Source of the DNA: Ostrea edulis
Taxonomy: Eukaryota
NCBI RefSeq assembly: GCF_947568905.1
Contig: NC_079167.1
Coordinates: 68,944,001 to 69,008,000, forward strand
Length of the DNA: 64,000 bases
Direction: 5' to 3'
The translations under genes and the position numbers were made by a program. This document shows, piece after piece, positions 33,385-48,300 of this stretch; the first letter of the stretch is position 1; every line of letters starts with the position of its first letter. The notes beneath the pieces were generated by a model that made no database searches, was not told the DNA's origin, and saw only the letters and a list, made by a program, of their open reading frames with translations.

Positions 33385-35744
33385 AAGAAACCTGTGTAAT
33401 AGACTTGATCAGTTGATAAGGGTCTGAATTTGAAATTTGTTGACAAATATTGCTTTTTATATAGCTATTTTGTACTACATATAATTGTACATATGTGCAC
33501 ATGTTAAATTTGGCTTAGCATTGATATCATATTTTAAATGATATAACAATGTGCCATCTGTGATATTTATTGATATGTAGTCTGTGAAAATTGATGTGAG
33601 CAAACTGAAATGTAATTGTTACCCAATAAATTTCCATTAATTTTCAGTTTATATTTTATTTCTATCTTACTGGTACTGATCAATGACTCATTAGGATTGG
33701 TTGTTTGGAAACACATAATACCTATATAAAAGGGAGAAAATGGAACATACCTGGGACCAATATTTGAACATGGACACGAAGAGTGTGTTCGAGATCGCCA
33801 TTTTCGTTCTCCAGAGTCATGAATGACAAGAACATGTGCGCATGAATGTGTTTTTGTTCTTCAACCACACTACTGACATAGGTGGTGCGAGTTCTTGCAC
33901 TTCGAACCCATTCTCGTGATGCGGACTCGGCGTTTGGGATCGGCAGGAATTTGTACTCGTGTGAATAACTGCAGTCTCGAACACACTCCCGCGTCTCAAG
34001 CTAGGTGTTTCACCTGCTGAGCCATCTGCTAACAGAACCATCCTAACTACCAAATTTGTCCCCCTTAAATGTTTTCATCCTGGAGAACAACCTCATATTC
34101 TCTCCTGGCAGACATATTCAAAAGTCAGTTCCAGGGACAGACCAAGTAACAAAATGTTATGGGAAGGGAGAAAATGGCAGTGCAATAAATTAAACTGAGA
34201 ATTAAGCTTAATATTCCTAAATATCATCAAGAGCTATACCAGCTGTTATTTGGTTACCACAATGGAACCTGTATCCATTGTAGGTTTTGTTGCTTTTATT
34301 GCCTTCATGAGTAGTATCAACACCATATATCCAACTGTTGCTTTGCAATTTTGTGATGTACAACTATTACTACAAGGATTCTCTTCATTTCTAGGACCAA
34401 TTGAGTCTTTCCTAAACATGGTCAAAATCTAGTAATCAAATTGATATGCTTTCATAATTAACCCCTGAATTTACAGGTCATATCGGTCACCTGCAGACGA
34501 TGAGCATCACTAGCTCCAAGGGCTATGAAATCAATACTAAATCTTTTGTTTGCATATCAATAAAATCTAATATTCAGCAGGAGTATAAAATGTGTTCTTA
34601 AAATACAAATGCTCCCAAAAGTGCCCATGCTGATGAAATACAGGACATGATGCTTCATACCAAATTTCAAATTAATTGGAATGGTAGTTATGAAGTTAAA
34701 ATTTGATTTAAAACACCAATGGCCGGGTTGCTTTAAAATATGTTTCGAGGAGTTTGTTGCACAAAGCAGGTACCAAGCTTCAACTCCATTTTCGAAGAAT
34801 GTCTGATCACTTCCAAAAAGACGCCTGCACATCTTCAATGTTTCTATAACACTGTACAAGGTCTGAAGGATGTCAAACAAATGCTGTAAGAGGAGTTGAT
34901 TACAAAAAAGGTAACATCTATTCAAGACATGCTTAAACGAGTACCACAAATGGTATATTATACGCCCGTCGGACAGTGAAATTCATCCTGCAAGCACATG
35001 CATTACACATTCTGAATAGAAATGCCTTAAAGTAGGTTATGGTGCACCAATCTATCTGACATGTGAACTGTTAACGTATTTCTCTGAGAGGGAGGTTGCA
35101 ATATCTGTATCCATGATGAGGAAAAGTTCAGGAAACTTTTTGACTTACTTTTAGTCCTAAATTAGGTCACCAACAGACAGACCAATCCATCAGAAATGCA
35201 AACTGAACTTGTATTCCTCCAAGAGGAAGATTGTGGTGAAATTTCAAGACAATATCTACATCTGTAATGAAAAAAAGTCCAGAAAACTGACCTCAATTTA
35301 GCCCATAAGTAGGGCATGGTGCACCAATCCAGCTGAAAAGCAAATTCATTCTTGCGCTTCTTGAGGGAGAAGTTGTGACCAAATTTAGAAACTGTACATG
35401 CATCTGTTACAGAAAAAAGTTTGGAAAACATAACCCAGCCAGACAGAAAGACAGCGCCATAACACAATACCGGCATATAAAAATGACAAAGTTCAACTGC
35501 ATGTAAATTTTTCAAAAAGACACATGCACATCTTCAATGTGTCCATAACAACTGTATAATGTTTGAGGAATGTCAAGTTAGAGGTGTGAGAGGAGTTGAT
35601 TACACAAAGTAGGTACCCTATTACAGGGACACCTGCCTGTCAGCCAACCCACCATTCTATAAGCCAGATGCATGTTGTGTAGCCCGGCCAAAAATGTTCA
35701 ATTGTTAACCCGCGACCAACGCTGACTAACTGCAGTAGGTAAAT

Positions 35745-37721
35745 AACAAGAGGCCCAAGGGCCTAGAATCGCTCTTCTGATAAATTGTACAACCCCGGCA
35801 TTTCTATTCTTAGCCTCTTAGTATTCTAAATCTTTAGTTAAATCCTAAGAATTCAAAAAAAGTAGGTCAATGTGACCTACTTTTTGGTTTACACATTTTG
35901 AGAACCCAAGAAATATCAACTGACAAAGTTTGATGATTTTAAGCCAATTAGTATCTGAATATTGAAATATAGCTGTCAAATTCCAATCGTAGGTCATGGT
36001 GACCTACTTTTTGGTCAGCGAACTCCGAACATGCAAGACCCATCAACTGACAAAGTTTGATGACTGTAGGTCAAATAGTATCTGAAATATATAAATATAG
36101 CCGTCCAATTCCAAAAGTAGGTCAAGGTGACCTACTTTTTCGTCAACACCCTTGAAACATGCAAGACCCAAAAACTGACAAAGTTTGATGACTGTAGGTC
36201 AAATAGTATCTGAATTATATAAATATAGCCGTCCAATTCCAAAAGTAGGTCAAGGTGACCTACTTTTTGGTCAACACCCTTTGAACATGCAAGACGCATC
36301 AACTGACAAAGTTTGATGACTGTAGGTCAAATAGTATATGAAATATATAAATATAGGTGTCCAATTCCAAAAGCAGGTCAAGTTGACCTACTTTTTGGTC
36401 GAAACCCTTCGAACATGCAAGACCCATCAACTGACAAAGTTTGATGACTGTAGGTCAAATAGTATCTGAAATATATAAATATAGCCGTCCAATTCCAAAA
36501 GTGGGTCAAGGTGACCTACTTTTTGGTCGACACACTCCGTAGACTCAAGATGCATCAACTGTCAAAGTTTGATGATTGTAGGTCAATTAGTGACTGAAAT
36601 ATATAAATATAACTGTCAAATGCCAAAAGTAGGTCACAGTGACCTACTTTTTGGTCGATACACTCCGAAGACTCAAGATGCATCAACTGACAAAGTTTGA
36701 TGATTGTAGGTCAAATAGTGTCTGAAATATAGTAATTTAGCTGTAATTTAGCTGTCAAATACCAAAAGTAGGTCACGGTGACCTACTTTTTGGTCGACAC
36801 AAACCGAAGACTGAAGACGCATCAACTGACAAAGTTTGATGATCATAGGTTTTACAGTGCCCAAAATATGCATCTAAAATTGAAAATGTGAAATTTGAAT
36901 ATTTGCAAAATTCAAAAAGTAGGTCACTGTGACCTACTTTTTTATAAATATGTTTCAAGGCCTCAAGATGCATCAACTTACAAGATTTGATGATTCTAAA
37001 CCTCTCGGTATTTGAAATAACAACTTAAAATATATCTATAAATGATAAGCCATAAAATTCAGAAAGTAGGTCACGGTGACCTATTTTTCAGTTGACGCAT
37101 TTCAAGGTCCCATAATCCACCAACTGACAAGTTTTGATGATCATAGGCTTCAAAGTGTCCAAGATATGCATCAAAATTAATTTTAAAATAAATACCTGCA
37201 AAATTCAAAAAGTAGGTCACCGTGACCTACTTTTGAGACAAACTTGACACAAGGTCCTAAGATGCATCAACTGTCAAAATTTGATGATCCTAGTCCTTAT
37301 AATGACTAAAATATCTAAGATTTAAGGAATTTAAAAAAATTTTAAATTTAGGTCAACTTTGAAGTGACCTTGAGACCACGCCCTTTGCCCCAGGGTAATG
37401 CCTTGAACAATTTTTAATCTACAACATATCCTCATCCTTATGTGTAAGTTTGGTGATAATCTGCCCTGTGGTTCTTGAGAAGATTTTTTAGCAACCACTA
37501 CTTTTGTTTGTATTTTCCTGATTATCTCCCCTTGTTAAAGGGTCACATCCCTCTATTTAATATGTATGAAAGCCCTTGGGCCAATGATACCCTGTAACAA
37601 ATTTGAAAAAAATTGGCCAAGGGGTTCTTGAGTTATAGCCCTTTTTCTAAAAAGTTTACGCACACCGCACAAATGGCCATAGCATTAGCTCTTTGAGCCT
37701 TTGGCTCAGAAGAGCTAAAAA
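35745..37721. mobile_element. Helentron-like non-autonomous element (HINE-type) carrying a ~128-bp tandem array
   Basis: Terminus AACAAGAGGCCCAAGGGCC; opposite-end hairpin TAGCTCTTTGAGCCTTTGGCTCAGAAGAGCTAAAAA; about 8 units of ~128 bp then ~147-bp variants, each with the palindrome AAGTAGGTCA..TGACCTACTT. Confidence 0.8.
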
Positions 37722-38427
37722 TGGTTACAACGAAGTACATGTATTTACCATGATACTCTAAATTCCTTCTATCAATATGTAATCCACATCAATAAAATAT
37801 TCTAGCATTCATTACAAACAGTGTTAAAGAAATATTCTGCATGACATAATTTAAAACACAATTCTGGAAAATAACATTAGAATTGTTTGTATGTAGTAAA
37901 GTATTGTGATTACATCATAATTGGTTGTCACTGTACAGATTTATGATTAGGGGGTCACACAGATGGTCTTTAGACTTGCAATTACAAAGTGTACCTGCAC
38001 ATGGTATCTGTACACAAGATATAAATAAAAGATACTGTACTACTTTCAAAGTACCAAGAAGCAGCTTTGATTACTCTCGAGGCTGGAGCAATGCTGCGGC
38101 ATCCGATGGCTGCTGTAGATGGCAGGTGGTTGTTGAACTATAAGGAAATCAAACAATTTTCATTCCTTTATTTGTGGTATAACAATTTAAGTAGGACAAA
38201 TATCACATTACGACATGTCCTTAACATACAGATATAACAACAAATGAAGTCCATAAACACACTGGACAAGGATGCAGTAATTCAACTGTATAACAGTGTA
38301 TATATAGCAGGTCTTGTGGTAAGTTCAAACTCGTACAAATGTAACGTGCACAGCATTAAGTGCACCTCACAAAGTCATAAATATAAACAAACGGAAAGAA
38401 ACGAGTCAACATTATCAAAATGATAGT

Positions 38428-39722
38428 ATAAAGAGGTATAGCGCACTTGGTATGCAATTTCGCCTACATAAATACCTTTTTCTTTAATATCATTTTTTAC
38501 AAATATTCTGCTATACAATGTCAGTTTATACTTGTGTTTACCCAAATTACTTAATAAAGATATCGATATGTTGATAGTATATTTATTTGACAAGCATAAA
38601 CATCACCGTGATTATATAGAGTATATAGTAGATGTAACGTAATGGGCATAAAAAATTGCAAACTGTTGCAAAAGGCCACCTTAAACCAGAAATAAAACAC
38701 TGAAGTTGTTTTACCTGCTTATGACTGTATATAAGTCCGTTTGAGGAAATTTGGTTTAAGGTGGCCCTCTTGTTGAAAATGGATAAAATATGAAAAAATC
38801 GTTCTCAAAATTTACCTTGAGATTTAGCAGCCTGTCAAAAGTTAAACCTTTAAACTTACAAGCCTGGGTGGCCTAGTGGTTTAGGTGCATGGTAATCCTA
38901 CACTTAAACCATCCATTCCCCCGAGTTCAAGTCCAATATTTTGCCAATCTATTTTTTTTATTTTTTTTTGCTTTCCATTTTTTGGGGTCGTTTTCTTGAG
39001 GGGGGGGGGGGGGGGGGTAAAATGTGATACATATATAACAAATATTTGTCATTTTCATCATAACTTCTAACATTTGCAAGTTACAACTTAAAGAAAGGGA
39101 ATTTATTCCGAGATCATTGTAGTTCCGCTTGTTTACACTAACATGTTCCTGTGTGCACAGGAATTTCAAACCGTAATGTGGATGACGAAAATCTAAACAA
39201 ATACTACAAGAAAAAGGACACAAATGCACAGCATGTAATAAGTAAAAATAAGTCAAGGGAGGAAAAGAACTGTTATACAGTTTGACTTCTCAAAAAAAAA
39301 AAAAAAAATCAAAACTCATGTAGCAACTGTCATATGATATTTAGGCAAAGATGAACACTCGAATTATCAACCAAAGGAAAATGAACTAATGACATCTATT
39401 AAAGGCGCTGCAGTCATGTCAGAACAGTGAGTTAAGTAATGCCATATGTAAAAGGGTTGTTGTGTAATATGAATGCACAGGTCTATGAAAATATTGTATT
39501 GTTCATCATTCCAAATAGGGAAATGGTTTATTAAGTAAAGAACGACTCATATAAATGTCAGTAATGCTAAACTGCGGCAGTTATTTATTTTGGTTAACGA
39601 AACATCAAAAACGTTGGCCTTATATCTAAATATAACACGCCAGTCTATTATTGGAAACCGGTGTTTTCCATTTAGATTTCTGAGTCGGCCGTATCGTCAG
39701 CAAATGCGCTATACCTCTTTAT
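38428..39722. mobile_element. Possible non-autonomous DNA transposon, about 1.3 kb
   Basis: Perfect 18-bp inverted repeats ATAAAGAGGTATAGCGCA / TGCGCTATACCTCTTTAT; an internal 15-bp inverted-repeat pair near 38675-38768. Confidence 0.45.
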
Positions 39723-40608
39723 GAAAATTAAGATATTTTCGATATCTAGCACACATATATCTGAGGTTCATAATTGCAAAAGTAATTCCTTGTTTTTATC
39801 CCCCTGCATTTCATAAAGCATTTTAAAAAAATCACATAGAAAACACCCATGTTCAAATGAAACCAAAATAACAAAATTTTCATGAAAACCTGTAGGAACA
39901 TCTGAATCATTTCATTTCAATGGCAGTGAAAAGTTATCAGTTTGTAGATTTTCCACATTGTGCACTTCAAAATGACAGAATGAAACATTCACATTGATCT
40001 CGAAACCTGTATGTATATAATAAACGGATTCAGCACTATGGAAATTTTACATTTAGAATATTACAAGAACATCTATAATGGCACCATTTAAATACCAGAC
40101 CTTTATCACTTCAACTGATAAAACCTTTAATGAAATACAAAATAGACAAAATGCCTGATGCAATTAAAACAATTCTATTAACCTTTCAAATTGATCCATA
40201 AAAAGAATTTCTTATTGAACAATCATACATTCCCTTAACCAAAACAAAAGACTGAAAATGACAACAGTACAATGAGGATATAAAATATTCACATTTTAAC
40301 GACATGCCTGACCAGTTAAGATCTGATATCCATTATCCACAGAAGAGGCTGTTAGTAAATTCCACATACTACTTACATATATCCATTTTCTACTTCAATA
40401 TAATACAATGTATCTTACGTCAATCACTACTCTATAATTCTGGTGATGCAATTTATTCACAATAAATAATTTTACATTTAATCTGTATGATGTGGGATTT
40501 GTAATATCAATAAAGAAAATAAAACAGTATGAAAAAAAGTTATCACTTCTCTTGGGATTCGTTGATTTCATGTTTTGGTATGGTTGAAATTTCTTTAAAA
40601 TTCCCAAC

Positions 40609-40838
40609 TACTGTAGATTACTAAATATATGCAAGGAATTTATAATCACGTAAGTTCGCAAGACGCATCACACGCGAAATAAAATTACCCGCTTTTATCT
40701 TTATATTGCTGAAATGCATGTTAAAACTATTGATCAATTTAATACACAATTCGCGAATTCATGATCATGTGATCTGACATCCACGAGTCATTTTGCAATA
40801 TTTGAAAAGTACTCGCGTAAAATAAGGAATCTACAATA
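40609..40838. mobile_element. Tc1/mariner-type MITE
   Basis: TACTGTAGATT...AATCTACAATA ends with a CGCG-rich interior. Confidence 0.5.
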
Positions 40839-42366
40839 TATCAAGAGAATTTTTAAATCATTGATGCCCTGAATATTTATTGCTAGAATTGTTCAAGCAT
40901 GCAATCTGCAGTCTCATGCTGATTTTATTTTAGCAATTCATGTAACACAATGGCAGTTTATTATGAAAACATTTTCCTCACACACACAAAACAAGCTATC
41001 GTTACTTAGACAAGATTGCAGTAGAATTTACACAGACTGTATGTGGAAGAAACAAAACTACAAACAACCTCAAACTACGGGGCGAGATCAAATGTTCAAT
41101 GTCTGACAAAAAAGTAAATTCACATAGTTTTCACCAAAACCTAAATATGATTAGTGTTGAAACTAATCGATTAACAAGTAAAAACATACGGGTATAAATA
41201 ACACTCGGTATACCTTTTCTACTGTTTATTCACAAATGATAGTATGCATTAACACTATCAAATGCGCATTAAAATGTAATATTATTAATATGTGTTTTTA
41301 AACAGTCACTTATCTTTTATCATTTTTCACTAAAGAGAAATCAATGTTGGATGATAGAAACTTACAGGAGGTTTAACTCCCCCTCCCCCTAACTATTTGA
41401 ATTTAGATTTTTATCTGACATCGATCTTTTGATCTCGACCCTAATACAGCAATGTAAAGGAATTATTTACATGACTGCATACAAATGCTGGGTAGTTCAT
41501 GTACAAAAAATCCCACAAAATTTGAGACATCGTTTTACAATTGTGATATAAAATTGTGTATTGATATGCAGGGGTGGGGGGGGGGGGGGGGGGGGGGGTG
41601 TCTTTAAACAATACAAACCTAAGTAACATGACTAGGAATTATATGTACATGCAGGTCAAACATAAATGCTTTCTTGATTATTCATATAAAATTTTAGATA
41701 TACATGCTTTGAGCTTCTTAACATACAATATTTATGCAGAATTACCTAAATGCAAAGGTGGTTTCTGAATCATGTTTCGACCAAGCTTCTAGTACATTGT
41801 GTACTGGAATTTTTTTTTTTTACCAATTTACATCCACATCCTGAATTGGCAAATTAAAAACTGGGTAAATCAAAATTTATTCATAACCCTGACTTAGTAT
41901 TACATTATAATACATAGCTTTAGGCAAATTTATAATGGGACAAATCTTTAAATCATTTTTCTAAGCATCTGAGCAAAAAGAATGAGTGAAAATTTCCTGG
42001 TATACAGTACATGCACGTATGATGAAGACTTTTACATACATGAACCGGAAAACAGAGACTGAGAATAGTGACTAGACAGGACCCAGTTTCAGCACATCTT
42101 CATACATGTATCATTTGAATACCACAAAAACTGTAAACACCAAATTTAAACAAAAATTGCTTTCCATAGAAACCATAAAGAGTACATATAAGTATATCAG
42201 CTGCATGTATCCAAGTGTTATTTCAAATCCGTAATTTATCAACAGTTTGAAAGATGGAGTACGTTCACCACAGCGGTACTGTGTATAATATGGAATGGTT
42301 AGATCATGAGGCAGAAAACAACCAGTGTAGAGAGGTCAATTACTGTTGTGGGTGGGTCGGTGTGTA

Positions 42367-45300
42367 CTATGCTGTGATCCCTGGGTGATTATTGCTGGTG
42401 GGTGATCCCACAGGGGACAGCCTGGCCGGAGAATCAGGGCGGGGCCCCTGTAGATTGTCTATGATTGGCTGAATATCACCCCAAACTTTTCCTAGCTGAA
42501 ATAAAAAAAAAAAATGTCCTCCTTGTCTCATTCTGACTACACACAATATGGTTATAATGACCCTTCCTGTATAGCATTTCATTTTTGTTCTTACAAGGAA
42601 TATTGGTTCATTTTACTTTAAAAACATGAATTTCAGACAAATGTTTTATTTCTAAAGAAATAAATGCCAAAGTTGAATGTACTTTGTTGGTAAAATTAAT
42701 CAATCCACCAACCTCTCGGTGTGCTTTTGCTTGAATCTTTGTCATATCCCCCAGAATGTCATATAAGATATCCAGGTTAGCGTGTATCAGCTGGGTCTCC
42801 ATTTGTAAACAGTGTAAGCTGTAGTAATTCCTGTTTTCCATATTGGCTATCTGACCCTCTTGCTACAAAAATTATTTGATATACCATTGCTGATTTGCAT
42901 CATTTGATAGTGTAAATACAACAGAAACATGTTGGTTATCAAAACAAATGACATTTCTGTTTTTAACTTGCCATGCTACAACTTACATCAAGAATTTTTT
43001 GTTCCAATTGTTCAACTGCACCAGCCTGTTTGAACAAAAAGTATTCAAATTTACCATTAACTAAATTTTCTGTCAAACAAAATCTAAGCCTACAATAAAA
43101 TGATCTACCCACAGAACATACTAGGTATTAAATAAATATCAGTCATGTTAAATCAATGTCTCGATTAAACAAATGTACACCAAACCTCAGAGGAGCTGAC
43201 AGTGGCCGACATCTTTTTCTTTTTATATTGCCCCATTTTAGCGATCGCCCTTTGATGATCTTGTAGTACCCCTTTCTCGTGTCTCTCACATAAGTCCTAC
43301 AAAATAAATGATGTTCCAGTGATATTTAAAATCCGTTGGAATCTAGTTTTGAACCACGATTATAAAGGTTCTGCTAAGCGGAATCACTTACTTTATTATC
43401 ATTGTACATTCATATAGCGCTTTATCTAATCAATATAATTACGCTAAAGCGCTAATATATAAATCACACTAAAACAGAACAATAAAATCAAATACATGTA
43501 CATAAAAAAAAAAAACATAAAATATTATTAAACTGAGATTAACATTATATTATAATAAGAATAGGCACAACTACATTACGCTTTTTTTTTGTTTTGTTTT
43601 TTTAATACTTACTCTGTAGGATATCAACATATCTTGGAAAAAAGATATTTTCTCTAAAACATGTTCATCTTCATCTGCAGCCTGCAAAAAGGGGAATTCC
43701 ATTGTGTAAAAAATGAAAAGATACAGATTTTTCAGCCCAAGATATTATCAGGAAATAATGTTGACTATCAATTGATGAAAGGTGAAGATAATGAACAGTG
43801 ATCAATCTCACAATTCCTATAAGCAATACAAAACAAAGAGTGTGGGATGAGGTGCATAGGAAGAGTAAGCATCCCCTGTCGACCGGTCACACCCACTGTG
43901 AGCCATATATCTTGATAGGTAAACGGAGTAATCCATAGTCAAAATCAGTCTGCCAAGAACGGCTTAACAATCGGTATGAAATATGTCAGACAGCATTTGA
44001 CCCAATGATAGGTTGTATTGGCAAATGGGAAATATTTCTTTTACAAAATCATTTTAATATTACCCAGGTTTAAGTAAAACTGACAAAGTTTATGGCCTCT
44101 CTTTGTTTGTTAGCTTTTCGTTTCTGTGTGTATTGTTTATTTTCACAAACAAATACAGAGTGCTTGAATCACTCATATTTAGAACATACATCGTACTCAG
44201 CATTACACTATCTATGCATGTTGATACATCTCTTTACCTCTAGTGGGGATCTGGGTTAGAGTAGGTCCTCAGTACCCCCTTGCTTGTCATAAGAGGCGAC
44301 TAAATGGGGCAGTCCTTCGGATGAGACCGCAACAAACGAGGTCCCATGTCACAGCAGGTGTGGCACGATAAAGATCCCTCCCTGCCCAAAGGCAGTAAGC
44401 GCCGAGCATAGGCCTAAATTTTGCAGCCCTTCACCGGCAGTGGTGACGTCTCCATATGAGTGAAATATTCTCGAGTGGGATGTTAAACAATATTCAATCA
44501 ATCAATCATTTCTTTACCTCGACTGAGCTTTTCTCCGATATGGCAGCATACTCTACTGAAAGATGTTTGAACCCTTTCTGCAGATGAGCCCATGTATCAT
44601 TAGTTCCAGTCGCCCAAGCAGAGATTTGGGTACTGTCGTTACTTAAATGACTATAATGAAAAGAATTCGCAAAATGAAGGATAAATCCTTATAAAATTCA
44701 AACAGATAAAACCCATTCATTTGATTTTGATTTGAGTGCTAATCTTGTCTTCAGTTTTTGATTTTTTGAATGATTAATCTGAGAGACAATGACATGAAAC
44801 TGCAAACTAAATATCGTGCCCACTGAAATGGATTACGATGGAACTGCTTAAATTATCTGGGCATGCCTACATCCATGAAAATGGAATCATCATTGTTTTT
44901 CTCATGTATGTCACAAAAAATTCCTAATTTAGTGATGAACTGAAATTCCTTTTAAATACTGAAAAAGCAGTTTTTGCATAATATTTTACACAAATCACAA
45001 TACATCAAAATTAATAAAAAGTACAGGAATTGTTTTCCCCTGTGCCAAAATGGCTCTTTAACATAAGTTCTGGTGTCAAGGATTCTCTGATATCAGTTAC
45101 ATAGATGTATACCTGCCTTAAATACATAAATCATAATACATGCAGTAATTTGCTGTAGCCTTAAGAATCAACCCAACTTGTTCAGGTAAATCACAGAGAC
45201 TATCTGTATTTGTAGATGGTCCTACCTTAATTCCTGCCCAAACTGCAGCATATCACAGGCATAGTTAGTGGCTCTGAACACCATTCTCTCAGTGATGTCT

Positions 45301-48300
45301 TTTAATTTACACACACTGTTATATAAAATCCTAATGTGTTCTTTACTATTAGAAAGCTGTGTCTGAGTGTCCATTGGAACTAGGTCCTGGAATGTAGAAA
45401 AGTGTAACGTACAGTAAAACACAAGGGAGACAGTGTAACACTAAACTCTGTATACTGTAAACAAACTTTTTTTCATGAGCAAGGAATTTTCGCTACAATA
45501 GCGAGAACCTAGTCCGTGCGAATATTTCTTGCTGTGAACCAGTCCAATAATGTATCTTGTATTTTTAAAAGATTATCTCAGTCGTGAAAATTAGTCACCA
45601 TGAACCAGTTCATCACTGATAAGTTGCGAAATAAAATTGTCATGAATAAAAGTTGGTTTACAGTACACTTTGTCACTTTAACATCTGTTTAGACTTAGTG
45701 TATATGTCACTTCAACATCTGTTTAGACTTAGTGGCCTACGTCACTTCAATATCTGTTTAGATTTAGTGTGTATGTCACTTCAACATCTGTTTAGATTTA
45801 GTGTATATGTCACTTCAACATCTGTTTAGATTTAGTGTATATGTCACTTCAACATCTGTTTAGATTTAGTGTACATAGAGTTGGTCGGCCAATGCTATCT
45901 TGGAGAGAGCTGACGGAGAAAGATCGTAGAGAATGGAAGCTCTCTATTGCCGACCCTCAAGAATGGAGATCTGAGGTGAGATCTGCCATGCGTGCAGCTA
46001 GCCAAATACCTGGAAGGGGGCCCACTGGTGTGGACACTACCCGTAATTCTGCACGGAAATAAAAAGGAATCGACAACAACAACATATGTCTACGTCACCT
46101 CAACATCTGTTTAGATTTAGTGTACATATGAATATCTGTTTAGATTTAGTGTACATATGTACACAGATTGAGTCTCCATGTTTTTTACTCATCAGAACTT
46201 GAGAAGTATGAACCTTAAATATTTTTGACCTTTGATTTACATGACTGTACACTCCATGAAAAAGCCTGCATTTAATTTGGAACACGAGTACAAGAAACAG
46301 TACAAAATTGGCCCCTAAGAAGTTGTGTAGGGTGTTTCTCTTATGACAGGAGTTGTAGAACTTTACTGAAGGTTGTATCAGGCACCATCAAGCTGTGACA
46401 TACATTCTTTTTCATTGTATGAATATCAGGTTCTTCAGGTTCAAAGCTTAAAAACTGTGACAGGGGATAAAATCGCCAATATTTATTATATTAGAATATT
46501 TCTTCAAAACTCATTAAGTTCAACAACCTGTAATTTTTTTTTTTAAAAATTAAAGAAATTTAAATCCTCCATAAAACATTGAATTTCAAATAAAAGGACA
46601 AAACTTCTGCAAGAGAGGTCGAAATGGCAACGTGATCTAGAGTGATTCACAAAGAAGCTACACAGCAAGTTTCAGTTTGAAATGTGATAGAGAAATGAAA
46701 ATAGAAACAGAAAACCCCAGACAGACGTACGTACTTACATCGCTGTACCATAATATGTCTAAACATGAGCGTATAAAAATATATTCCTGTTCATCTCTAA
46801 GCTTTAGGCCCATATTATGGCCTGGACTAGAATTTCATTTCTCATTCTATCAACAGCCTGGGCATACATTGCACAAAGACAGATAGACAAAGTGATTTCT
46901 AAATACCCGTCCCAATTTCTATTCCAGGATGTATAAAAATTTCTAATATATCTCTAGTTTCACCTCATCTTTACTAGCCAAAGGTTTTGGGTCCACTCTA
47001 CTCCCTGAGTGGACTGAAAACCCTTGACTAGCAAAGATGGTTTCACTTTTGTGGTCCCTTAAGTAGCCCTGGGACTATGGTTTAAACAAACTATTGCCTA
47101 AATACACTGTAACATGATTGTTTTTACAATACAAATTTCATACATTGTTGTTTTTGAGGAGAGGAACACTTCATGACAATTTCTTATCTCAGAAGGCTTT
47201 CCTAATAATACAAGATATACCTACATGTAAGTAAGTGGACCAAAGTTGACACATTTTTGCTTTGGGAGCTATAGTATATGCAATTTTGAGTCTATTAAAG
47301 GTAGCCTTATACACATCCCATCATTTTTTGACCCATGATGACTTATCAAAATTAATGGCTCAAAGACTTATCAAAATTAATGGCTCAAAGTAGAAAAACT
47401 GTATTGATTTTCACTCAATATAGGTTTATTCAATCAATAACCAAAGAAAATATATATGTTGCCAAGTTTTTAAAGATGTCAGACATAAAAAAAACCCCAA
47501 ACAAACAGAAAGTTTATATCAACATCAGAAAATCGCATATTTTCATTAAATAGCAAGATATCCATAAAAACTGTATAAAATGACAAATTTTCAATTTCAA
47601 CAGTTTCAAAACACTGCTACTTTATAAATATCTATGAATTAATTGTGGATATCGAGGAAATCATTGTAATAGACACCCAGTGGAGAAATAACAGCGTATG
47701 AGTTATTGCCCTTGACAACATTTTTTGTAGTATCTAGATAATTGATTATTATAGAAAACCTTTCCAATATCAAATAGTTTACCAAATTGTTTTATTATAC
47801 CCAGTCAACAAAATTCCTCCAAAAGATATACATGTGTGTATTTCTATCAATCACAAATTTTAATGAAATAAAGAATTTGCTAAAGTCTATGACATCATAT
47901 GAGGGTGGAGCTACCTGGTGAATAAAATTGAATATCCATTATCCAAGGATGCTTTTTCTAATCTTTTATTAAATCTGTTTTATAGTAATTCTATGGATGA
48001 AGGTAAAAATAAGAACATTCCTCAAACTAATGGCTGAACAAATGGTCAAGTGAATAGAAAAGTTTTTGGATTGTGTTTGAGCTAATGAAGAATAACATAC
48101 CTTTGCTTGACTTGCAAGATTACTGGTCATAAATTCATCTGGGATTCCCCTGAAAACTTCTTTAATTTTGTGTTGCATATCCTGTTTAAGAAAGGTGAAA
48201 ATAATGAGATTCCTATCAATTTGTAAACCACTATTTGTTTGTATTATGAATTTATCATACACACACTTATGGTCACATTTTAATACTTTTTGTTCTTCAA

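Noticed and set aside
33760-34053. 78-aa minus-strand ORF or exon in a GC-richer patch
   Set aside because: No recognisable protein; it contains 14-bp inverted repeats (GAGTGTGTTCGAGA, about 33781 and 33975), suggesting a small MITE.
38872-38935. tRNA gene from A/B-box-like motifs
   Set aside because: No cloverleaf; probably a decayed SINE head.
37722-42366. Additional gene between the Helentron-like element and the SNX8 stop
   Set aside because: No consistent exon chain was found; composition fits a long SNX8 3' UTR or intergenic DNA, but this cannot be shown without RNA data.
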